Shown here: piece by piece, positions 28,872-37,090 of the stretch | How positions within the stretch are numbered: position 1 is the stretch's first letter | How the letters are laid out: the number at the start of each line of letters is the position of its first letter | Assembly: GCA_965218715.1 (NCBI GenBank) | Contig: CBDCLY010000006.1 | Span: forward strand, 43,171 to 107,170 | Length of the DNA: 64,000 nt | Direction of reading: 5' to 3' | Source of the DNA: Vicingaceae bacterium | Lineage (GTDB): Bacteria > Bacteroidota > Bacteroidia > Flavobacteriales_E > Vicingaceae | Made by a program: the position numbers and the translations under genes | The notes under the pieces: generated by a model | Seen by the model: the letters and a program-made list of their open reading frames with translations, nothing else | The model's database searches: none | Told to the model about the DNA's origin: nothing

Positions 28872-29834
28872 TTATTTTAATATTACCTTTAAGTCCATTT
28901 CATGCTCCTTTACGAATTCATCAATTTTTGAAATTTCCTCTATACTCAATTGGTTTTTCCACTTGTTCAAAGGGTTTCCTTTGGTACTTGTATTTTGTAC
29001 ATTTCTTTTTCTAGAAAAAATTGCTTGTTCTTTTTCATGGTGCTTATTCGATAAATTTAGTGTTTCAAATACTTGCCCCAAAGTGCTTTCTTGTTTTTGA
29101 ACTAAATCTTCATAAGATATAATCACATAATTCTCTGGATTTATCTCTTTAATGTCTTTTACAATAGCGGTATTAAGCCTCAACCAATATTCTAATAATA
29201 GATTAAAGTTATTTGGATAAAGGCGGTCTTCTGGAAAATTTTTGGCTTCAGAGGGAGCAATGTTTGTCCAACATGAACTCCCATCATTCGGCAAGTAGAA
29301 TTGATATCGTCCACTTTCAACAAACTTGTTTAAATGAACCTTTAAACTCGCAGCATGTGCATAAGGTTCTCTAATTACAGCTACGTATTTAGCTTTGGGA
29401 AACATTCTATTGAGGTATAATATCTTGTTAGATAGATGGGGAGATTTATTTAGCACTTGAACATTATCCCAATCATAAAAAACTCTTCCAGAACCATAAT
29501 ACCTTTTGGCAGACCAACGTGCGAAATGACGCTTCATGGTTTTAGATTCTTCAATAAACCGAGTAAAATAAGCAACTAAATTATTCCCATATTTCTGCTC
29601 AAAATCACCATCTGTTCTTCTTTTGCAATTGACCGAACAGGGTGCTCCTCCAATTTCTGTCCATACCTTATTCAATTCAAATCCAACTTTCAACAATTGA
29701 GGGTGTTCTGAAAGGGTGTTCATTAAAAAGGTAGTCCCGCTTCTCATTAAACCAATTAAAAACACGGGATCTTTAAATTCCTTTGCCTTTGGCTCAGTTG
29801 GGGCATTAAATAAGTTTGAAAAGAAGGCGCACAT
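28872..29834 (-). CDS. Sulfotransferase family protein
   Basis: PAPS 5'-phosphosulfate loop LMRSGTTFL and 3'-PB VIREPYAHAAS, plus YEDLV. Confidence 0.75.
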   Translation of the reverse strand: MCAFFSNLFNAPTEPKAKEFKDPVFLIGLMRSGTTFLMNTLSEHPQLLKVGFELNKVWTEIGGAPCSVNCKRRTDGDFEQKYGNNLVAYFTRFIEESKTMKRHFARWSAKRYYGSGRVFYDWDNVQVLNKSPHLSNKILYLNRMFPKAKYVAVIREPYAHAASLKVHLNKFVESGRYQFYLPNDGSSCWTNIAPSEAKNFPEDRLYPNNFNLLLEYWLRLNTAIVKDIKEINPENYVIISYEDLVQKQESTLGQVFETLNLSNKHHEKEQAIFSRKRNVQNTSTKGNPLNKWKNQLSIEEISKIDEFVKEHEMDLKVILK

Positions 29835-29835
29835 T

Positions 29836-31128
29836 TTAATTCAATAAAGTTTCCATTTCCTTGTCTAATCTCGCTGTTAAATTCTCTCTAGAATAGTGTT
29901 CTACATTGCTTTTTAAAGAACATTCTCCTGCCTCAAATTTATTGAATTCTTTGAGAATGGTCGACTTGATTTCACCAACGTCTGAACCATAATTAAAATA
30001 AGTTCCTGCGTCACATTCCTTAATTATTTCCTGAGAATCTCCCTTGCCTGGTCCAAAACCTAATATTGGTTTTTTAGCCGCTAAATACTCAAATAATTTT
30101 CCTGGAATGTTTCCAATTCCGCTTTCAGAATTGAACAATAAAAGCAACAAAACGCTTGACTCTTGGTACTTCTGAAGCACTTCTTTATGTGGGAGGTAAT
30201 CGTGAAGTACTAGTGACTCTTTTAAGTAGTGGTAATTCTTAATTTCTTCAATTGAATCTGGATGAATGGAACCACCCAATTGCAGTTCAAACCTGGCATT
30301 AAATACTTCATTCTCTTCACACAGTTGATTCAATGCCTTCCATAAGTTACTCGGGTTTCTGAGGTGATTGATTAAACCAAAATGGCTCATTGCAAATTTT
30401 TCTGATTGTTCTTCAGTATCCGAAAAATCACTTTCATCATAACCATTGGTAATGCAAATGGCCTTTTTTGCACCTAATTCTTCAAAATCTTTTGCCCAGG
30501 TTCTACTTGCTGTTGTTACCAAATCTGCCGCAAGTAATACCTGTTGTTCTAACTTTTGATACTTTTTAAAATTGCTCTTGCTAATGTGGTAAGTTGAAAG
30601 CATGTCTAATTTGGACCATGGATCTCTAAAGTCGGCTATCCAAGGCAAAGCCAAGTCCCTTTTTAACTCCAAAGCAATAAGGTGCATGCTGTGCGGAGTT
30701 CCTGTACTAATGATGATGTCGACAGGATTTTCCTTTAAATACGTTTTCAAGAATTTCACAGAAGGTTTTACCCAGTATACTTTAGGATCTGGAATGAATA
30801 AATTTCCCCTTACCCAATTGGAGAATTTAGCCTTAAAGCTATTGGGATTTACATCAGCCAAACCTGCACTACTTCCTTTGCTTTTCTTCCCTAGCAATCT
30901 TTTATACCATTGATAGGGTTCCCAGATCTTTGTCTTAATTACTTCTACCTCTTTTGGGATTTCCTCAACTAACCCCTTGTCTTGTACATCAAAATCAGGA
31001 TTTTCAGGAGTATAAACTACTGGTGTCCAATTGAATTGAGGTAAATATTTTGCAAACTTTAACCAACGCTGAACGCCAGATCCAGCACTAGGTGGCCAAT
31101 AATATGCAATGATTAATACTCGTTTCAA
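29836..31128 (-). CDS. Glycosyltransferase (GT4-like, GT-B fold)
   Basis: N-terminus MKRVLIIAYYWPPSAGSGVQRW is typical of GT4-type enzymes. C-terminal E...GKLFEYLAAKKPIL motif. Confidence 0.7.
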   Translation of the reverse strand: MKRVLIIAYYWPPSAGSGVQRWLKFAKYLPQFNWTPVVYTPENPDFDVQDKGLVEEIPKEVEVIKTKIWEPYQWYKRLLGKKSKGSSAGLADVNPNSFKAKFSNWVRGNLFIPDPKVYWVKPSVKFLKTYLKENPVDIIISTGTPHSMHLIALELKRDLALPWIADFRDPWSKLDMLSTYHISKSNFKKYQKLEQQVLLAADLVTTASRTWAKDFEELGAKKAICITNGYDESDFSDTEEQSEKFAMSHFGLINHLRNPSNLWKALNQLCEENEVFNARFELQLGGSIHPDSIEEIKNYHYLKESLVLHDYLPHKEVLQKYQESSVLLLLLFNSESGIGNIPGKLFEYLAAKKPILGFGPGKGDSQEIIKECDAGTYFNYGSDVGEIKSTILKEFNKFEAGECSLKSNVEHYSRENLTARLDKEMETLLN

Positions 31129-33872
31129 GTAGAAGTTTTCTTTTTAAACTCGGTATAAGAAACACCAATTATTAACAAAAGCATCAATGCAGAACTGGTC
31201 CATGTAAGTACTGTTCCTATCTCATAGGTTTTAGGTTCAAATTTAAATTCAATCGTTCCTTCCCCTTTTGCTAAATGCATTCCTCTTAGAATATAATTTA
31301 CTTTAATGTGTTCTACTGCCTCACCATTAACATAAGCATTCCATCCATCAGCATAATAAATCTCGGAGAAAACCAAAAATTGATCCTTGTTGGTTTTGTA
31401 TTCGTAGCTCAAATAATTTGGCAAATATTGAGTTAAATTGACACTTGCACTTGGATCAAGATCGTATACACCAGGTAATCCTTGTGCCAACTCGCTTCTA
31501 ACAACCGCAGAAGTTTTTGGGTCATTTTCCCTTAAGGCCAAAATTTCTTCGTCGGCAGATTCAACCAATTTAATCTCATTAACAAACCATGCATTGCCTA
31601 AACGATGTGGGTTTTCCACCAGGGAAAGTGCTTGTCCACCCTCTACTCTTACAGCACCAATAATGTATTTAGAATTCAGCATGTTGATGCCATTCATGGA
31701 GGGCAACAATTGCTTAACTAGTGCCTCTCCTCCTTGATCAAATGCTTGTCGAAGTTGATAATGCTCCACACCAACTTCAAAGTCAATAAGTTCTTGGTAT
31801 TTTTTCATTTTAGCACCATGGTAACCACCCAAAGTTTTATGAAAATAGGCGGTTTGTGCATCCTCATCTAATTTAGCTGTTGTATTGAGAACTCTATAAT
31901 GTGTGCCTCGCATTAATTCGACGAACTGAATGCTTTGCTTTTTCCCTGGATCTAAACGGCCCTGTTTTTTACTTTGCTTAGCAATTTCTTGGGCTATAGA
32001 TTCACTAATGTTGTTTTGAGTTCGATTTTCTTTTAGTCGAATTTGATTCAGTTGTAGCTCTTTATTAAGAATGGCTAAATCTACTGGACTTGCATCATAA
32101 GGTGCAACCACTTTATTTGGTTTAGTGTAGGCAGCATAATGGTTTTCTGCTCTAGAACTAGTCCCTGGGGTAACTTCATTGCCTACGTATTGTTTATCGG
32201 CAGACCACAAATCAATTGTAATTAATGCTCCAAATCCAATGATCAAAAGTTGCTTTTTTATTTTACCCATTAAGAACAATGCAATTAAAGCGATTCCAAC
32301 AAGCAAAAATTTTAGCGCATTGAAAACATCGGATTGAAATACATTTACTCGATAAGATTCGATATCCTCTAAATTTTGATAAACCGCTGTTGATTGTTGT
32401 GGGTTTTGTTGAGCCATGCTATTGAATTTGGCCATTTCACTATCGCTAGCGAAATCAAAGAAGCTTTTTGGGCTAGCTAAGAACAGCAATAAGATTCCTA
32501 AGAAGACTCCTCCGCTAATGAATAATTTCTTTTTTTCTTTTAATATTTCGGCTGGACTTTGAATTAGTTTCCCAAGAAAAAGTATGGCCAATAGAGGTAA
32601 AACCAATTCCGTTATTGAAAGTATCATGGTTACCGCCCTAAATTTGTTATATCCAGGCACATGATCGATAAAAAAGTCTGTAAAACCCATAAAGTTTTTA
32701 CCCCAGCTTAACAAAATACATAGGCCAGCTACCACCACTAAAGAATTGACCAAACGATCTTTGATAAAGAAAAGGCATAACCAGGCTAAAAAACAGACGA
32801 TAATTCCAATATAAACCGGCCCAGATGTAAAGGGCATATTTCCCCAATAGGTATTGACATAATAACCAGATTGTTGGTATTGGGTGACCATGAAATTGAA
32901 GAAATTGGGATTCTCTTTTCGAATTCGATCCATCTCTTCTTGGTCAGATAAAATAGCTCCTGATTTCCCACCCTTTACATTAGGTAACATCAATGACCAT
33001 GTCTCTTGTATTCCATAGGACCAACGAGTAATGTAATCTTTATCTAAACCAGTACTTTTAATGTCGCTATTGGAAGACCCATCAGGATTTATGCTAAGTT
33101 CAGAAGGGCTTCTAGTTGATGATTTGGCATATTCAAAGGTGGTTAAGATATTGCCCATATTTGGGAGTATTCCTAGCAGCACAGCAATAATTACCAAACC
33201 AGCACGCTTAAAGAAAATTGTTGATTCTCCAGATTTGATAAAATGAATCATCTCACCTATTCCAACTATCAAGATTAAAAAGAGCGCGTAGTAGGTTATT
33301 TGTAAGTGATTGGCGTACAACTCGAGTCCCATGAAAATACTTGTTACCAGAATCCCTATCTTCCAATTCCCTCTCAAAGTTGCAATGATTCCTCCAAGTA
33401 ACGGCGGCACATAGGCAATGGCAAAAGCTTTTGAGTTATGCCCAGCCTCAATAATCACAATAAAATAGGAAGAAAATGCAAAGGCGATTGCGCCAACAAT
33501 GGCTAGGTAGGGATTGATCCTTAAACACAAAAGAAGTATGTAAAACCCTATCATATATAGAATAAGGATTCCTATAGGATGAGGAGAACCTAATTGAAGT
33601 ATTTGATGAAAGAAGGCAATGATGTTTCCAGTATACTTCACATTTGAGACCTGGTAAGCAGGCATACCTGAGAACATGTTTCCAACCCAAAGCGGCTCCT
33701 CGTTAAATTTTGCCTTGTGGTTTCTAAGTTCTTGCGACATTCCTTTATGCAATTTTATGTCGCCCTGCTTCAACTTATACCCTTGCAAAACTGGGTAAAA
33801 ATAGATCATACCAGCTCCGGCAAAAATGGCTAAGGCCAATAAATAAGGAAAAAATGGTTTTAGTTTATTCAT
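31125..33872 (-). CDS. YfhO family polytopic membrane protein (GT-C-like)
   Basis: Large multi-TM N-terminal half, interspersed TM helices and a final TM anchor. ATG 33870-33872 (MNKLKPFFPYLL) is preferred because it abuts the upstream stop at 33874. The ORF track extends to 33917. Confidence 0.72.
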   Translation of the reverse strand: MNKLKPFFPYLLALAIFAGAGMIYFYPVLQGYKLKQGDIKLHKGMSQELRNHKAKFNEEPLWVGNMFSGMPAYQVSNVKYTGNIIAFFHQILQLGSPHPIGILILYMIGFYILLLCLRINPYLAIVGAIAFAFSSYFIVIIEAGHNSKAFAIAYVPPLLGGIIATLRGNWKIGILVTSIFMGLELYANHLQITYYALFLILIVGIGEMIHFIKSGESTIFFKRAGLVIIAVLLGILPNMGNILTTFEYAKSSTRSPSELSINPDGSSNSDIKSTGLDKDYITRWSYGIQETWSLMLPNVKGGKSGAILSDQEEMDRIRKENPNFFNFMVTQYQQSGYYVNTYWGNMPFTSGPVYIGIIVCFLAWLCLFFIKDRLVNSLVVVAGLCILLSWGKNFMGFTDFFIDHVPGYNKFRAVTMILSITELVLPLLAILFLGKLIQSPAEILKEKKKLFISGGVFLGILLLFLASPKSFFDFASDSEMAKFNSMAQQNPQQSTAVYQNLEDIESYRVNVFQSDVFNALKFLLVGIALIALFLMGKIKKQLLIIGFGALITIDLWSADKQYVGNEVTPGTSSRAENHYAAYTKPNKVVAPYDASPVDLAILNKELQLNQIRLKENRTQNNISESIAQEIAKQSKKQGRLDPGKKQSIQFVELMRGTHYRVLNTTAKLDEDAQTAYFHKTLGGYHGAKMKKYQELIDFEVGVEHYQLRQAFDQGGEALVKQLLPSMNGINMLNSKYIIGAVRVEGGQALSLVENPHRLGNAWFVNEIKLVESADEEILALRENDPKTSAVVRSELAQGLPGVYDLDPSASVNLTQYLPNYLSYEYKTNKDQFLVFSEIYYADGWNAYVNGEAVEHIKVNYILRGMHLAKGEGTIEFKFEPKTYEIGTVLTWTSSALMLLLIIGVSYTEFKKKTST

Positions 33873-33873
33873 A

Positions 33874-34143
33874 TCATTTTTTTTCATCAAGATCTTCAAA
33901 CTCAACATAATCGCCAAGTTTCACATCTTCAGACTTATCGTGATTGCCCCCTTTTTTAATGTGGACTTCACCTGGTTTCTTTTTCTGTTGCTGGGGTTCC
34001 TGATACTTTGCCTGCTGCTTTTTTAAAAAACGATTTATTAGAATAGGGGCAAGGAATCTCATAATAAATTTGAATGCATAATAAACGCAAACAAATATTA
34101 AAATTGTACGGAAAAGTGTAACAAAACCTGCTTCAAATAGCAT
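33874..34143 (-). CDS. DUF4834-like small membrane protein
   Basis: 89 aa with an N-terminal TM, a basic linker and an acidic tail (GDYVEFEDL). Family from memory. Confidence 0.55.
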   Translation of the reverse strand: MLFEAGFVTLFRTILIFVCVYYAFKFIMRFLAPILINRFLKKQQAKYQEPQQQKKKPGEVHIKKGGNHDKSEDVKLGDYVEFEDLDEKK

Positions 34144-34145
34144 AA

Positions 34146-36965
34146 CTATTTGCTAAGATACAGGTTTCTCTCAGAATAGATTTCACGAAAATACTTATCC
34201 TTCAAATCATCGATAAATCGTATTGCTTCTCCAGTAGATTTCATTTCTGGTCCTAATTCCTTATTAACATTTGGGAATTTATCAAAAGAGAATACAGGTA
34301 TTTTTATCGCGTACCCAGATTTGTATGGTTTGAAATCAAAATCTTTCACCATTTTATCGCCTAGCATTACTTTGGTTGCATAGTTAACATATGGCTCACG
34401 GTAGGCCTTTGCGATGAAAGGAACTGTTCTAGATGCCCTCGGATTTGCCTCAATAATATAAACCACTTCGTCTTTAACAGCGAATTGAATATTTATTAAA
34501 CCTTTGGTTTTTAATGCTACGGCAATTTTCTTAGTGTGATCTTGGATCTGTTTTATTACATTATCACTTAAATCAAATGCTGGAAGAACTGCATATGAAT
34601 CTCCAGAATGAATTCCAGCTGGCTCAATGTGTTCCATAATACCAATGATGTGAACATCTTTTCCATCACAAATTGCATCTGCCTCTGCTTCTATCGCTCC
34701 TGATAAAAAGTGATCTAACAATATTTTATTGCCAGGCAAATCTCTTAAAATATTAACAACATGCTGTTCTAATTCCGTCTCATTGATTACAATTTTCATC
34801 CCCTGTCCACCAAGAACATAGGACGGTCTTACTAACAATGGAAAACCAATTTCTCTGCTCAATACTATGGCTTCATCAGCTGCCTCAATTGACCCATATT
34901 TAGGGTAAGGAATATCATGTTCTTTCAATAAGTCTGAAAAAGAACCTCTGTCTTCAGCTAAATCCAGGGCTTCATAGCTTGTTCCAATAATTGGCACATT
35001 GTACCTAGATAATTTCTCAGCGAGTTTTAATGCAGTTTGTCCGCCCAATTGAACAATAACACCTTCTGGCTTTTCATGTAAAATGATATCATAAATATGC
35101 TCCCAAAAAACAGGCTCAAAATATAATTTGTCAGCCGTATCAAAATCAGTTGAAACTGTTTCAGGATTACAATTGATCATAATGGTTTCATATCCAGCCT
35201 CTTTAGAAGCAAGAATTCCGTGTACACAGCAATAATCAAATTCAATTCCTTGTCCAATCCTATTTGGGCCAGATCCAAGAACAATTATTTTTTTCTTTTC
35301 AGATCTTACCGATTCATTCTCCTCTTCAAATGTGCTATAATAATAAGGAGTTTTAGCCTCAAACTCAGCAGCACATGTATCTACCAATTTATAGACTCTG
35401 TTAATGTTTTCTTCTATTCTTTTATCAAAAACTTCGCTTTCTAAGCAATTTAGAACGTGGGCAATTTGTCTATCGGCATAGCCTTTTTGTTTGGCCTCAA
35501 GAAAAAGGGTTCTTGGTAGGGTTTCCAAGGTATATTTTTGAATTTCTCGTTCAATCAATACGAGTTCCTCAATTTGTCTTAAGAACCACATATCAATTAA
35601 GGTAGCCTTATAAATTGTTGAAAGTGGAATCCCCAATTTTATGGCATCATACAGGTGGAATAAACGATTCCAACTTGGGTTTTCAAGGCTATTGAGAATT
35701 TTTCCTTGATCAGTCAATTCTCTTCCATCAGCACCTATGCCGTTTCTTTTTATCTCTAAAGACTGGCAAGCTTTCTGAATTGCTTCTTGAAAAGAGCGAC
35801 CAATGCCCATTACTTCCCCAACAGATTTCATTTGAAGCCCTAGGGTTTTATCTGGACTATCGAATTTATCAAAATTCCATCTCGGAATTTTTACAATTAC
35901 ATAATCCAAAGTGGGTTCAAACAATGCTGAGGTATTTCCAGTAATAGGATTCTTCAATTCATCCAAATGATACCCTATCGCCAATTTTGTAGCAATTTTT
36001 GCAATTGGATAACCGGTAGCTTTCGAAGCCAAGGCAGACGATCTAGAAACACGAGGGTTAATTTCTATTGCTATAATGTCTTCTTTTTCATCGTTACTTA
36101 CTGCAAATTGCACATTACAACCACCTGCAAAATCTCCAATAGATCTCATCATTTTGATGGACATGTCCCTCATCTTTTGGAAAGTAGTATCAGAAAGGGT
36201 CATTGCAGGAGCAACAGTAATAGAATCTCCTGTGTGAATTCCCATTGGATCCATATTCTCAATGCTACAAATGATGGTTACATTGTCATTAGAATCTCTT
36301 AATAACTCCAATTCATATTCTTTCCAACCTAATACAGCCTTATCAATAAGAACCTCGTGTATAGGAGATGCGTGAAGTCCTCTAGTTAGTAATTTATCAA
36401 ACTCTTCGGCATTATGCACAAATGAAGCACCGGTACCTCCTAAAGTAAAAGATGGACGAATAACTAATGGAAATCCAATTTCTTGAGCAAAGTTTTTTCC
36501 CTCAAGAAAGGAATTGGCAATTTTCGCTGGAGCAACCCCTATTCCTATTTCGATCATTAACTTTCTAAATTGCTCTCGATCTTCAGTAATGTTGATGGCA
36601 TCAATGTCGACACCAATCATTCTAACATTGTATTTTTCCCACAGACCAGCCTCGTCACAATTAATAGCGAGATTTAATGCCGTTTGTCCGCCCATCGTAG
36701 GCAATACAGCATCAATATCTGGATGATCCTTTAATATTTGCTCAATAGATTCTGGCTCTAGTGGCTGAAGGTAAATATGATCTGCCATGACAGGGTCTGT
36801 CATAATGGTAGCAGGGTTTGAATTGATCAAACTCACTTTGATGCCTTCTTCTCTTAATGATTTGGAAGCTTGAGAACCTGAATAATCAAATTCACAGGCT
36901 TGGCCAATTACGATAGGGCCACTACCAATTATTAATACATGATGGATGGATAGATCTCTTGGCAT
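34146..36965 (-). CDS. carB: Carbamoyl-phosphate synthase large subunit (short form, no C-terminal MGS-like allosteric domain)
   Basis: Two ATP-grasp halves ([19 protein letters not shown] and [18 protein letters not shown]). 939 aa versus about 1073 aa in E. coli. Confidence 0.95.
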   Translation of the reverse strand: MPRDLSIHHVLIIGSGPIVIGQACEFDYSGSQASKSLREEGIKVSLINSNPATIMTDPVMADHIYLQPLEPESIEQILKDHPDIDAVLPTMGGQTALNLAINCDEAGLWEKYNVRMIGVDIDAINITEDREQFRKLMIEIGIGVAPAKIANSFLEGKNFAQEIGFPLVIRPSFTLGGTGASFVHNAEEFDKLLTRGLHASPIHEVLIDKAVLGWKEYELELLRDSNDNVTIICSIENMDPMGIHTGDSITVAPAMTLSDTTFQKMRDMSIKMMRSIGDFAGGCNVQFAVSNDEKEDIIAIEINPRVSRSSALASKATGYPIAKIATKLAIGYHLDELKNPITGNTSALFEPTLDYVIVKIPRWNFDKFDSPDKTLGLQMKSVGEVMGIGRSFQEAIQKACQSLEIKRNGIGADGRELTDQGKILNSLENPSWNRLFHLYDAIKLGIPLSTIYKATLIDMWFLRQIEELVLIEREIQKYTLETLPRTLFLEAKQKGYADRQIAHVLNCLESEVFDKRIEENINRVYKLVDTCAAEFEAKTPYYYSTFEEENESVRSEKKKIIVLGSGPNRIGQGIEFDYCCVHGILASKEAGYETIMINCNPETVSTDFDTADKLYFEPVFWEHIYDIILHEKPEGVIVQLGGQTALKLAEKLSRYNVPIIGTSYEALDLAEDRGSFSDLLKEHDIPYPKYGSIEAADEAIVLSREIGFPLLVRPSYVLGGQGMKIVINETELEQHVVNILRDLPGNKILLDHFLSGAIEAEADAICDGKDVHIIGIMEHIEPAGIHSGDSYAVLPAFDLSDNVIKQIQDHTKKIAVALKTKGLINIQFAVKDEVVYIIEANPRASRTVPFIAKAYREPYVNYATKVMLGDKMVKDFDFKPYKSGYAIKIPVFSFDKFPNVNKELGPEMKSTGEAIRFIDDLKDKYFREIYSERNLYLSK

Positions 36966-37038
36966 ATGATAAATTTAAAGTCTTGACGAAATTACATTAG
37001 GAACATTAAATAATGAAATGCTTGATCGGGTATTTATA

Positions 37039-37070
37039 CAAAAAAAGGGACTGTTTTTCAACAGTCCCTT
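37039..37070 (-). terminator. Rho-independent terminator downstream of the 1144-aa gene
   Basis: Perfect 11-bp stem (37045-37055 aagggactgtt / 37060-37070 aacagtccctt) with a 4-nt loop. On the minus strand it is followed by a run of 7 T (37040-37046). Confidence 0.78.
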
Positions 37071-37090
37071 AAAATTGTGAATAGCTTAGC

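Noticed and set aside
626-36726. Dozens of 60-110-aa ORFs nested antisense or out of frame in larger genes (e.g. 626..910, 3765..3980, 11401..11682, 22839..23141, 30602..30913, 35967..36302, 39708..39959)
   Set aside because: Each is fully contained in a longer ORF with clear family motifs. None has recognisable motifs, and AT-rich genomes generate such antisense ORFs by chance.
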